Shown: positions 35,801 through 48,884 of the stretch, piece after piece
How positions within the stretch are numbered: position 1 is the first letter of the stretch
Layout: each line of letters starts with the position of its first letter
Origin: Thalia democratica
Taxonomy: Eukaryota
Length of the DNA stretch: 64,000 bases
Reading direction: 5' to 3'
Assembly: GCA_965202585.1 (NCBI GenBank)
Contig: OZ241828.1
Coordinates: 76,012,001 to 76,076,000 of the forward strand
Notes under the pieces: model-generated
Database searches by the model: none
Seen by the model: only the letters and a program-made list of their open reading frames with translations
What the model was told of the DNA's origin: nothing
Program-made: the position numbers and the translations under genes

Positions 35801-38800
35801 CTTGTACAGTACAAAAGTTATTTAAAGACATGCATAAACAAAAGTCATACTTTCGTCCGTTAATTTTCTTAATATTTTTTTTGTTTCTGAGATGATTGAA
35901 AAACAAATTTCTACCATACGTTTTAAATTCATTAAATATAAATTGAGAAAATTAAAAGAAGCTTTAACTTAAAAAATGTTTGGGAGACGCAAATGAGTAA
36001 AAAAACTAACTTGTTTAAACAGAATTTTTTTTATTGCACTACACATGCCTTCAAACTTCAAAAGTTGCATTTCACCATCGAAGAAAACTGTGTCAGCTTT
36101 TTCCAAGAACCTCAATCTGGTCAGCCTGGGCGTCCGATGCATCGACTACGAAAAGGACGCAGACCTGTGGCAGGACCCAAGTGGAGAAACAGGTTCGTCG
36201 TGGACGAGTCCATCCAGAGCAACCGGGAGGATTTTCACCCCACGGCGTGTCGGCTAAGACAAAAGAGAAGGGTGGGTGGCGGGAAAAAGACGGTAACCGC
36301 AAAAGAGTTTGCCTTTTTGAGCTACTCTGAAGAAAAGTGCTCGGAATAATCAAACACTTGATGCCAGAAGATTAATTTACAACTCTTTTAAAAAAATAAC
36401 TTCTAAGTTTCATTTTCTTTTAAACTCTATATGTTTTCATAATAAAGTTTAGTAGCTTAAACTAAACTCTTTGTCTATGTAAATCTGTTTTTGATTACGA
36501 TCAACTTTTCTCTAAATTGGCAATACTAATGGTAATACTTAATATAGTATAAAAAGTGCCTTATGTTACCTTAAAGATGCTTTTATAAATGTTACTTCGT
36601 GTATTCTTAATTGTAATCTGCTTATAAATAAAATAACTGTAATATACGAAATACCTTATTTGATAGAAAACAATTTAACTACAGACCTTTGGTTTCAAAA
36701 TTTATAAATATTCTCTACAAAAAAAGTCTTTTTTTATATATGTTGGACAATAGTATGGTAGTATATTTATAATAATGCAACTTTTAAAAACTTAAAAAAC
36801 AACATCTATTAGTAATTTTATTGCTACATCTCCATTCTTACTACTTACTAATAAACTTCTAACAATAAAATATGTACGTTATCAATTAAACACCTAAAAT
36901 TTAACTTTTGTCCTAGTTATTATCTATTATTCGATTTTATAATATATCTTTAAGTAATTGAAGTATGTTTAGAAGAAGGGTTGTAGGCTTTTGTAATTAT
37001 CGGGTATAAAAAAGTTTTTTTAATATTAATCGTAAAAAAAATGTCGAGCATAGGCGTTTTGCAGGTTTATGCTAATTAAAAACTGACAGTTAGCAACAGA
37101 ATCACAATTAAAAATGTTAATTCAACGCCACAGCTTGCACACTATTAAATAAACAATTTCCTTTTTAGTTATCAAGAAAATTGTAAATCAACTTTTCAAC
37201 ATGTTGTCAGACGAAAAGTTTTATACTTTCAATCCGCCTCATGAGTCATACATCATAGACTTTTTATTTTCTTTATTCATCTCTTATTTTGATTAGTTTT
37301 AAATTATAATGTATCATCTTTAAAAAGTATGAAATCTGGGCTGACTATTTTTTTCACAATTTTTGAGATTGAAGAGTTCATTTGACTTGCCTAAAGAAAT
37401 AGGCTGAATTTCAGATACTAAACACTTCCATGGGTCGCTTTGTAACTTTACTGAAAGAAAATTCAGTATGTTTAAGTTAATAAAGAAATAGTCATTGAAA
37501 AGCACCGCTTTTTATACACAAGTAAAAAAGGGCAATTTGCAATTTTTTAATATATAATTTTAAGCCTCATTTTCTCTGCATAAGTAATTTTTAGATAAAA
37601 ACAATTTTCGCAGACCAGATATTTCTACGTAAAAATAAAAACACTGTTTTGCAAACTTTTTTTGTAGTTTAAAATAAAGAATTATCTTATCGAGATCTTA
37701 ATTTTCGAAGACCTTTCTTTACACTCATCAACAGATGGCGAAATTAAACATTGGGTTTCTATCATATTTCCAACTAAAAAAAATGAAAAATAAATCCACA
37801 ATGCTGTTTTTTCTAAGTTATGTTTGCAACGGTTGTTTTTATACATTATTTACAGACTTTTCACTTCTACTTACAATCAAATGCCTCACTCGTGCATTTT
37901 TAATGATGCACAAAAGTTGAGCTGTTTATTTTTAGATTTAGAGGTGAACTTTAGTGTTTTTAATTCACTCTGGAGTAAAATAACAAAATATTTAGGTTTT
38001 ATCAAAAAGGAACGTTAAAGTAAAATCTTGCTTGTTCTGCACAATTAATGTAGACTAACTTTTAATAAATTGTCAATTCATCAATAGTTAGTCAAAAAAT
38101 GACCGCACTAAACCTTAAATTGAATAAAAGTTGTAATGCCTTTATTAATTCTTTAAACTAACAGTTTTTATATAGAATTTTTTCTAATTAATTTTATAAT
38201 AAAATAGTTTTCTGTAAAACTACAAAACGTTAATTTTGAAAAAAAAATAATAAAAATAGCTACTAACTTTAGTTGTTTAAATAAAATTTGTATAATCTAC
38301 TAAACTTTTAGCGAAACTTTAAGTTAGAATACCAAGAAACTTAAATTTAAAATCAACAAATTTTTATAAATTGAATGATAGTTTACTTTTTTTTTTTACA
38401 ATAAAATGGTTTACAACTTTTTATTTAGCTTATAAATATACAACTGTATTTAAAATCATGATCTAATGTTTGAAATATTAGTTCAACTTTATTAAATTTC
38501 TAACTAATATTATTAAGAAACAAGACCAGATCAAATTAGCTAACATGTTAGACTAAATCTCTGTATGTGTCAATTTGAAATAAGTTCACCAACTGACCGA
38601 AGAAAAAAATTTTAAAAAACTTTATTAAAATGAAAACCATACTTTAAACATTAAATCTAGTTAACCATAAAATGGAAACTAGTAAAACTTCAGACTATAA
38701 TTTTAGACAAAGTCGTAAAACTTAAACCCAATGGTGTTAATATGTTTCATTTAAGTAAGCGCAAATAGAGCTATATTTTTTCTAAAAATTTTAAAAGTCC

Positions 38801-38886
38801 ATGGTGAGATCAGGCTGATCCTCAATATCACGTGATTTTGCATTTTGGAGGATTTTTCTGATCTCTGGCGTTATTCCTGGGTGAGA

Positions 38887-41040
38887 ATATTAGGCCTTTT
38901 CTTGAAATACATAAACTCTAAAAACTGATTATTTGTGTTTAAGTATGTGAGATTTTTAAAATGCGTTACAAAACACATAATTGTAAGAAAATGACAGCTA
39001 AACTCAAGAGTAACAAAATTGCACAGAAAGTATACAGCAAGTTAAAATACAGAAGGTTCAAAATAAAGTATTTTAGTCAGTTAATACTTAAGTATATAAA
39101 GTAATAACTAATGCAAATTGAACGAAAAAAAAAAAGCATTTTAAAGAACTTTAGAATACTTAAGAATACTTAACTTAGAATTTACGTTTATAAAAGTCTT
39201 TGATTACTTTTTTCTTTAATACTTTTTAAAACTAAAGGTTAACAACTGGTATTACTTAAAAAATAAAAATTCTTTATAATTTAGTTTTATAAAGTAAATA
39301 TCTTTTGTATCATTTTTGTTTTCCTTCTTACTTTAATTTTATAATTGCTCAGCTCTCGTCGATTCTAAACTTTGGTACAAGTTTTACAAAACCAAAACTG
39401 GATTTTTACAAAAATTCTTCGTGCTCTTTTCTAATAGTCAATCTGTTTACATATTTTGTTAGAAATAAGACCAAACAGATTGGATATGATTTTCAGTCTA
39501 TAATTTGAAGACTTTTGTTTTTTTCAAACTGGCATTAGATATAACTCATGGCTAGTTTTTTGGTCACTCTTTTAAAGATATAACTTATGGCTGGCTTTTT
39601 AGCTTCACACAGTGGCAAGCCATGACTATCTTTTGTTTCAAATTACATTAATGAGCTAACCATGCAATCTGTTTTACCTGGAGAACCTCTGAATTTGAAC
39701 ACATAGAAAAAACAACCTTGAATTTGAAACTTCTTAAAAAAAAATTAAAAATTAAACTTTTTTTTTTAATTAAAAAATAAAACAGTAATTGAATTTTTAC
39801 CTTCCACTATTTGATCTTAGTTGCTGATTTTTACTAATAAATAAATATTGTACCATACCAATACATTAGCTTTGTATAAATTTTATTTGAAGTTTTCAAT
39901 AAACCTAAAGCTTTTAGTTTTATTTTCTAAACTATATATGAGTACCAAAATAAGTACTAGCAATAAAATAAAAAATTCAGAATATTTAGATCAGGGTTGC
40001 CAAAAAACATGGAATTTGACAAGTTAGACTAAAGAAACTGAAACAACCTGGAATCCTAAAAAGTTTATACATCCTAAGTAGTAAAATTTTATTTGACATA
40101 AATAATCTATCTTGTTGATGTTGTCATATATATATTTTTTAAATACATTAATAGAAACTTTGATTTCCCTGAGAAGATTCTCTAAAAACATTTGGTTACC
40201 CAGTTAGATTAATGAAATGTTATATCAATATCAGATATAAAATATACTGTTAGCCAATATTTAGCCACAGGACCATTTCAGGACTTTATATGGTTGAATT
40301 CTCATGGTGATTTGAATTAAAATGTTTGCATAATGTGATGATGTTAAAGCTGTGTATGGTACACAGTAAGACCTATTAGTTGCTGAACAGGCTAGTTTTA
40401 GATAATTCAAATTTTCAAAATTAGGTCACTATGTATTAGGCTGTAGAGTTATAAGAAACTTTTATACAAGTTATCTTTATAAAAAGATATTAAAAGCAGC
40501 AGCTTTTTATTAATAAAATAAATAAGTCATTCACAATTTAAATTACAGGGTTGCCACACACTCAGGGAACTCAGGAAATCTCAGGGAATTTTCAAACTGT
40601 AGAAAACCTCAGGGAAACTCAGGGAATTTTGGCATTTTTCTTTTAACTCAAGGAAACCAAGGGAAGTTTTGATTTTTTCTCTAAATTTCAGGGAAGTTTT
40701 TTAAATTTAGTTTTTAATTTTTAATTGGTTTAAACCTTTTAAGATTGAGTTTTTGAAAACAGATTTTTTCATAAACTTAATGCAGAAGCATACGCATACA
40801 ACCTTCCTTTTATTATTAAAGAAGAAAAATGAGAATGAGGTATTAAAAATTTGTGTTAGAAGAGAAAAAATTTTTTTTAAGATTTGAAAAATACTCAGGG
40901 AGATTTAAGGTTACTCAGGGAAATTTTTGGTCACTCAGGGAAGATTTTTTGGCTCAAAGAGTGGCAACCCTGAAATTAGTGTATAAGATATTAGTTGTAG
41001 ATTTAAACAAGTTTCTCATTAAATGAATAAATAAAACAAA
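38887..41040 (+). repeat. Duplicate of 61845-64000 (offset ~22.96 kb); 38887-40580 also matches 14360-16054
   Basis: Colinear, including the 427-bp MITE; runs off the window end. Confidence 0.92.
40546..40972 (+). mobile_element. 427-bp hAT-like MITE
   Basis: 12-bp TIR CAGGGTTGCCAC...GTGGCAACCCTG, multiple subterminal CTCAGGGAA motifs, flanked on both sides by AAATTA. Superfamily inferred from the CAGGGTTGCCA end. Confidence 0.8.
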
Positions 41041-42565
41041 ATATAATTAATAATCATTTTATTACTATATTGTTTAGGAACTGTTCTGAAATTTTTTAAC
41101 AAAAATGTAAACTTAATAATAACTTAGAGTGAGTATTTGTAGAAGGTTTCCAGATTTTTGTGGTAATGGAATGATTTTAATCTAATTTAAAGGATACAAT
41201 TTGTCCTTTTCTTACCATGATAGAATATTATCCTTTATATTTAAGTTTAATTGCTCAAGAAAAGAAGGAGTTGATGGGATTGTAAGATTGCTTCAAAATA
41301 AGAAATATTTTTTTATTTTAAACACAATCAAATCATTCATACCTTTATTTTAGGGTTGATTTTGTTTTATGTTTTCTACAAACTGTTTTAAAATACATAC
41401 TTTCAACTGGAACCATTGTTATGTTTTGGAATCTTATACCCTGCATGGCCTTAAACTACTATATAATTTTATGTTTATCATATACTCAAATTTGTTTAAA
41501 CTAAATTAAAGTATTTAAACAAAGGTTAAGAGAGATTGGTCAGAAAATTTAGGAGTAAAAAGAGTATTTTTAAGTACATACAAAAAAGTAAATAAGCTGT
41601 AAACTCCATATCTTTGTCTATGGCTTAAAAAATTTTTAAATTGATCAAAATGCTCATACTTTTGACCACTCTCCCCCAATATACCAGTAGGTATTTTATT
41701 ACAAAATCAAATAAGAAGGCAGAATTTTAAATAAACTTAGTGGAATTTATAATTCTTTTACAGTTTAAAACCCAAGAGTTTCTAATTATATCAGTCTAAT
41801 CTGAACTAAATAATGTCAAGCTGGCAGTGTGGTCACTGGGTTTTGAAAAATATTTTCTGTATTTACAATTTTTTTTCTGGATTTTAATGGTTTTCATGTC
41901 ATAAACAAATTATATTTTAAAATCTATTATAAGATATAATTTGAGCTTTTAAATGTGGACCAAAGTTGTTTTGTTATGTTAGAACCTCTAAGGCCTTTTA
42001 AAAATATTCAGTACCCTTTGGTTTTATAATAATTTAAAAATTCTTTAAAAAAACTAATATGTTTTAAGTTTTAATCTCACAACTGAATGGACTGTTTTAT
42101 CTTATATTGTCTTGTAGTCATTTTATGTTGAAAACTTATGAAAGTTTAGTGTTTGCTTTTTATATTTATTTATGACTTGTTTTGCTGTGTTTGGGTATTC
42201 TTCTTTATAGAATTTCTTGCCCTGTATATCTTATTTGTTATATTAAGTTTATAGAGAATGTTTTTCGCGCTCTTTTTGTAGTATTCCTCCGCGCATTTCA
42301 AATTTTTAGGCGCCTAAATTTTGTTAAAAAATTATAAATATAAAATATGATGTCATAATCGAAAAATCATACCAAAATAAATCATAAAAAAATATAGTAT
42401 CATTATTTAAAGGCAGTCCAGCTGCCAGTCAGTTGACTTAATCTTATTTAGATAATTTGAGAGTTTGTTTGAGATTAAAAGATTAGTTTAAACTGTCTAC
42501 TTATAGTTATAACAATAATAAGCCTTAATATAGGATTCTTTTTGAGGGTCCAAGAAAATTCAAAA

Positions 42566-43174
42566 CTATATTTTATTAGCTTTTTTCTTGGGTACAATTG
42601 GTCTTTTTCTTACAATGAAAGAATCTTCACTTTTAAGTTTATGTTGAATTTCTTAAAAAAGAAGTAGTTGCTGGGATTTTCATTTGCAATAAAATATAAA
42701 ATAATATTTTATGTTTCAATACAATTAAATCAAAACTATATTTTTAGGTTAATTTTATTTTATGTTGTCTAGTAACTTTTTAAAATATATATTTTGAGCT
42801 TTCAACTGGGACCAATATTATGTTTAATGTTTTATATTCTCTATTGCCTTAAACTACTAAAATCAATTTTTTTTTATTCAATTTTATTTATATTATAACA
42901 AAAACGATATACCTCAAACTTGTTTAAACTAAAATTATAAATATTGTGACTAAGGTTGAGAAAAATTGCCTAGAAAATACAGCAAGAAAACATTTATTGT
43001 TATAAAATAAATGGAATAAGCTGTTAATTCAATATTTTTATCCATGGCATATCTTTATCCAATGCTATAATTTTTGAAACCCTTTTTCACTTACATACCA
43101 GTAGTTATTTTTTTACAGAAACAAATAAGAAGGCAGAAAATTAAATAAACTTTGTGGAATTTATAATTTCTCAT
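42566..43174 (-). CDS. Candidate small secreted peptide gene, unit U2: 43099-43174 plus 42566-42651, 53 aa (MRNYKFHKVYLIFCLLICFCKKITT EIQHKLKSEDSFIVRKRPIVPKKK ANKI*)
   Basis: Intact signal exon. The exon-2 donor is mutated GT->CT, so the frame reads through to TAG at 42566. Confidence 0.42.
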
Positions 43175-43550
43175 CCAGTTTAAAACCCAAAAGTTTCAAA
43201 CTTTCTAAGTCTAATTTTAACTTAAAAATATCAAGCTGACAGTGTGGCCACTGTTTTTTGAAAAATATTTTTCTGAATTTCAAATTTTCTTCTGGATTTT
43301 AATGGTTTTCATGTCATAACAAAATTGCATTCAAAAATCTATTATAAAATATATTTTTAGCTTTTAAATGTGGACCTAAATTGTTTTGTTATGTTAGAAC
43401 CCCTATGGTCATAAAAAAATATTCAGTACCCTTTGGTTTTATAATAATTTAAATTGTTTTAAATTTAAAGTTAGTTTCTGAGTTGTAAGTAAGAAAGTTA
43501 AATAGCTTATTTTTGAGGGACCACAAAAATTCAAAACTATATGTTATTAC

Positions 43551-44330
43551 CTTTTTTATTTGGTACGATTGGTCTTTTTCTTACAATGAAAGAATCTTCA
43601 CCTTTAAGTTTATGTTGAATTGCTTAAATAGAAGTAGTTTCTAGGATTTTCATTCAGAATAAAATATGAAATAATATTATTTTGTTATAATACAATTAAA
43701 TCAAAACTATATATCTGGGATAATTTTATTTTATGTTGTCTAGAATCTTTTTAAAATATATATTTTGAGCTTTCAACTGGGACCAATATTATGTTTAATG
43801 TTTTATGTTCTCTATTGCCTTAAACTACTAAAAAACAAAATTATTTTTTATTCAATTTTATTTTTATTATAACAAAAACAATATACTTTAAACTTGTTTA
43901 AACTAAATTGTAACAAAGGTTGAGAAAAATTGCCTAGAAAATACAGAGAAAACATTTTTTGTTATAAAAAAAAGGAAAAAGCTGTGAACTCCAAAATTTT
44001 GTCCATGGCTTAATTATTTTTAATTATTATATTAATTAAATTATAATTTTTTTTTAATCAATTTTATTTATATTATAACAAAAACGATATACCTCAAACT
44101 TGTTTAAACTAAAATTATAAATATTGTGACTAAGGTTGAGAAAAATTGCCTAGAAAATACAGCAAGAAAACATTTATATTATTATTATTATAACATAATT
44201 ATTTTTAAAAATAATAAATTGCCATAACTTTTGACCCCTTTCCACCATACATACCAGTAGGTATTTTATTACAGAACCAAATAAGAAGGCAGAAAATTAA
44301 ATAAACATTGTGGAATTTATAATTTCTCAT
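43551..44330 (-). CDS. Candidate small secreted peptide gene, unit U3: signal exon 44255-44330 (MRNYKFHNVYLIFCLLIWFCNKIPT) plus exon 43551-43622 (AIQHKLKGEDSFIVRKRPIVPNKK); downstream exon deleted
   Basis: ATG, hydrophobic core and G|GTATGT donor (phase 1); acceptor ttaAG|CA and donor G|GTAATA; phases compatible and frame open. Confidence 0.5.
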
Positions 44331-44808
44331 CCAGTTTAAAACTCAAAAATTTTAAACTTTCTCAGTCTAATCTTAACTTAAAAATATCAAGCTGACAGTA
44401 GGCCACTTTTTTAAAAAACTGTTATGTTTTAAGTTTAAATCTAACAACTTGATGTTATGTTTTATCTTATATTGACATGTAGTCATATTATGTTGAAAAC
44501 TCATGAAAGTTTAGTGTTTGCTTTTCATATTAATTTATGACTTGTTTTGCTGTGTTTGGGTATTTTTCTTTATAGAATTTGTTGCCTTGTATATCTTATT
44601 TGTTATATTAAGTTTATAGAGAATATTTTTCGCGCTCTTTTTGTAGTATTCCTCCGCGCATTTCAAATTTTTAGGCGCCTAAATTTTGTTAAAAAATTAT
44701 AAATATAAAATATGATGTCATAATCGAAAAATCATACCAAAATAAATCATAACAATAATTAGTATCATTATTTAAAGGCAGTCCAGCTGCCAGTCAGTTG
44801 ACTTAAGC

Positions 44809-45575
44809 TTATTTAGATAATTTGAGAATGTGTTTGAGATTAAAAGCTTTGTTTAAACTGTCTACTTATAGTTATAAAAATAATAAGCCTTTTAAATTTA
44901 AAGTTAGTTTCTGAGTTGTAAGTAAGAAAGTTAAATAGATTCTTTTTGAGGGTCCAAGAAAATTCAAAACTTTATGTTATTACCTTTTTTCTTGGGTACA
45001 ATTGGTCTTTTTCTTACAATGAAAGAATCTTCACCTTTAAGTTTATGTTGAATTGCTTAAAAAGAAGTAGTTGCTGGGATTTTCATTTGTAATAAAATAT
45101 GAAATAATATTTTTTGTTTCAATACAATTAAATCAAAACTATATTTTTGGGATAATTTTATTTTATGTTGTCTAGAAATTTTTTAAAATATATATTTTGA
45201 GCTTTCAACTGAGACAAATATTATGTTTAATGTTTTATATTCTCTATTGCCTTAAACTACTAAAAAACATTTTTTTTTATTCAATTTTATCTTTATAATA
45301 ACAAAAACAATATACCTCAAACTTGTTTAAACTAAAATTATAAATATTGTGAATAAGGATGAGAAAAATTGCCTAGAAGATACTACAAGAAAACATTTTT
45401 TGTTATAAGATAATAAAATAACCTGTTAATTCCATATCTTTATCCATAGCATAATTTTACCCATGCTATAATTTTTTATAACCCTTTTCCACATACATAC
45501 CAGTAGTTATTTTTTTACAGAAACAAATAAGAAGGCAGGAAATTGAATAAACTTTGTGGAATTTTTATTTCTCAT
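44809..45575 (-). pseudogene. Unit U4: signal exon with 1-nt deletion; exon 44984-45055 intact; putative last exon 44809-44864 (VDSLNKAFNLKHILKLSK*)
   Basis: ATGAGAAATAAAAATTCC is 1 nt shorter than in U2/U3, giving a frameshift and stop. Confidence 0.45.
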
Positions 45576-46255
45576 CCAGTTTAAAACCCAAAAGTTTCAA
45601 ACTTTCTAAGTCTAATCTTAACTTAAAAATATCAAGCTGACAGTGTGGCCACTGTTTAAAAAAAAATATTTTCCTTGTTTTCAAATTTTCTTCTGGATTT
45701 TAATGGTTTTCATGTCATAAATAAATTATATTTTAAAATCTGTTATAAGATATAGTTTGAGCTTTTAAATGAGGATTAAAGTTGTTTTGTTATGTTAGAA
45801 CCCATATGGCCCTAAAAAATATTCAATACCCTTTGGTTTTATAAAAATTTTAAAATTCTTGTAAAAAACTAAAATTTTTTAAGTTTTATTCTTACAACTG
45901 GATGTTATGTTTTATCTTATATTGACATGTAGTCATATTATGTTGAAAACTCATGAAAGTTAAGTGTTTGCTTTTCATATTATTTTATGACTTGTTTTGC
46001 TGTCTTTTAGTATTCTTCTTTATAATTTTTTTTTCCCTGTATATATTATTTATAATAATAAGTTTATAGAAGATATTTTCCCGCTCTTTTTGTAGTATTC
46101 CTTCGCGCATTTCAAACTTTTAGGCGCCTATTTTTTGTTGAAAAATTTCAAATAACAAATACGATGTCATAAAAAAAGTCATCCCAAAATAAATCATAAC
46201 AATATATAGTATCATTATTTAAAGGCAGTCCAGCTGCCAGCCAGTTGACTTAAGC

Positions 46256-47031
46256 TTATTTAGATAATTTGAGAGAGTGTTTGAGATTAAAAGCTTTGTT
46301 TAAACTGTCTACTTTTAGTTATAAGAATAATAAGCCTTTTAAATTTAAAGTTAGTGTCTGATTTGTAAGTTTGAGAGTTAAATAGATTCTTTTTGAGGGA
46401 CCAAAAATGATCAAAACTATATGTTCTTACCTTTTTTCTTGGGTGTAATTGGTCTTTTTCTTACAATGAAAGAATCTTCACCTTTAAGTTTTTGTTGAAT
46501 TGCTTATAAAGAAGTAGTTGCTGGGATTTTCATTTGCAATAAAATAAAAAACAATATTTTTGTTTCAATAAAATTAAACCAAAACTAAATTTTAGGGTTG
46601 ATTTTATTTTATGTTGTCTAGAAACTTTCAAATATATATTTTGAGCTCTTACTTGGGACCAATATTATGCTGAATGTTTTATATTCTTTATTGCCTTAAA
46701 CTACTAAAAAGCAATTGTTTTTCTATTCAATTTTATTTTTATTATAACAAAAACGATATACCTTAAACTTGTTTAATCTAAATTAAAAGTATTGTGACAA
46801 AGGTTGAGAAACATTGCCTAAAAAATACAGCAAGAAAACATTTATTTTATAAAAAAAAAGGAATAAGCTGTGAATTCCAAACCTTTGTCCATGGCTTAAT
46901 TATTTTTAAAAATAATTAAATGCTATAATTTTTGACCCTTTTCTCCCATACATATCAGTAGGTATTTCATAACTGAACCAAATAAGAAGGCAGAAAATTA
47001 AATAAACTTTGTGGAATTTATAATTTCTCTT
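46256..47031 (-). pseudogene. Unit U5: ATG->AAG and signal-exon donor GT->AT; exons 46431-46502 and 46256-46311 still open
   Basis: Direct comparison with U2/U3; positions 1-20 of the window carry the same ATG lesion. Confidence 0.45.
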
Positions 47032-48884
47032 CCAGTTTAAAACCCAAAAGTTTCAAACTTTCTCAGTCTAATCTTAAATTAAAAATATCAAGCTGACAGT
47101 ATGGCCACTGTTTTTTGAAAAATATTTTCCTTGTTTTCAAATTTTCTTCTGGATTTAATGGTTTTCATGTAATAAGTAAGTTATATTTTAAAATTCATTA
47201 TAAAATATAATTTTATCTTTTAAATGTGGACTAAAGTTGTTTTGTTATGTTAGAACCCCTATGACCTTGAAAATATTCAAAACCCTTTGGTTTTATAAAA
47301 ATTTGAAAATTCTTGTTAAAAACTAAAATGTTTTTTGTTTTTTTTCTCACAACTGAATGGACTGTTTTATCTTATATTGTCATGTAGTCATTTTATGTTG
47401 AAAACTCATGGAAGTTAAGTGTTTGCTTTCCATATTAATTTAGGACTTGTTTTGCTGTGTTTGGGTATTCTTCTTTATAAAATTTCTTGCCATGTATTTC
47501 TTAATGGTAATAATAAGTTTGTAAAGGATATTTTTCGCGCTCTTTTTGTAGTATTCCTCCGCGCATTTTCAAATTTTTAGGCGCCTAATTATTTGTTGAA
47601 AAATTTTAAATAACAAATATGATGTCATAAACAGTAATTCATACCAAAATTAAATTATAACAATAGTTAGTAACATTATATTAAAGGTAGTCCTTGCTCA
47701 TAGTATTGCTTAAGCTTGTTTAGATAATTGGAGTGTGTTTTGTGAAATTAAAAGCTTGGTTTATTCTTTTTCCTCTTTATATTGTATTAACAATTTAGTT
47801 ATAAAACATTATTTAATCTATTATTTATTATGTTATTTTAAGTTAAAAAGTGTTGAGTTCATTAAAAAAAAAATTAAACTATTATGATTGTTTGCAATTA
47901 AATTAAGATTAACATGTTATAGTTTGTCTATAATTGTATAACTTATTTTGTTATACTATAACTAAAAAAAATTTAATGATTGTTTTAGTTTTCCTATTCC
48001 AACTTATTCAAACTGAAAGTACTTTATTTTTTTTGTTTAGTGTAGAATAATGTTCTATGAAATTGAAACTTCAATGTTCTGCTGTCTCTTCCCAAAGAAA
48101 TAACACCTTTAGATTCCAGGTTAGTCTGATTGCTCTCTATCTTTTGTATCAACTTTTCATTCACACTATTCTACTGTTTGAAATAACTTAAGTCAACTAA
48201 ACATGTATTTTCATTTAGTTTATAAGTCAGTTGTCGAAAAAAAAAATAATGCCTATTAAATGTACTAATTTTGACTATTCATTAAATCATTATTCAAAAG
48301 TTGTATAGTTTCTAGTGATGCCACAGGGATAGACGTTAAATTGAACAGTAAGTAAATTTTTAAAAATTATAAAGTTTTAAATAAAAAAAGTAAATAAATA
48401 GTGATGTAAATTAAAAGTATGTTTTGTAAAAATTTTTCAAAGCAAACCTATGAACCACTTATTCTTTAATTCAGTATAAATTTAGTTAAGTTCAAGAGTA
48501 GAAATCTAGTTTTCTTAAATTGAAATTGAGATCATCTTTATTTGAAATTTATTTATAGAGTTACATATATTTTATTTTATTAAAACTAATATGAAATTTA
48601 AAAAAAAGTATAAACTTTCAAGTTATTAAGCCACAAAATTTCAAGTAAGATCTCCTATAAAGGACCTAGTAATTGTACTAATTTTGGCTATTTACACTAC
48701 AAAAATTTGGTCCTAATTGAATAGGTCTTATAGGCTAACCCAAATGAAGTATTTTTATTTAAAAAACTTTGGATAGTTTCGAGTTTTTTTTTAAATATCA
48801 TGAAATGTTTTGATTTTTAATGTATAGACTTTAAATGAGAAGAACATTTTTAGCTGTAACATTTTGTTTCATTTTTTTATTAGA

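Larger units (their letters stand above)
41160..47780. repeat. Tandem array of ~5 diverged 1.15-1.46-kb units (a further partial unit at 1-760)
   Basis: The marker CAGTTTAAAAC(C/T)CAA recurs at 41761, 43176, 44332, 45577 and 47033 (spacings 1415, 1156, 1245, 1456). Confidence 0.9.

Noticed and set aside
37320-37505. 61-aa minus ORF with a possible internal exon VKLQSDPWKCLVSEIQPISLG
   Set aside because: Needs a GC donor, has no partner exons and no recognisable homology.
44535-44678. 47-codon open frame APKNLKCAEEYYKKSAK.. after an AG in array units (also at ~42170-42313)
   Set aside because: Phase 0 is incompatible with the phase-1 upstream exons, it is frameshifted in two other units, and it overlaps the E2F-like motifs; kept only as a remote alternative exon.
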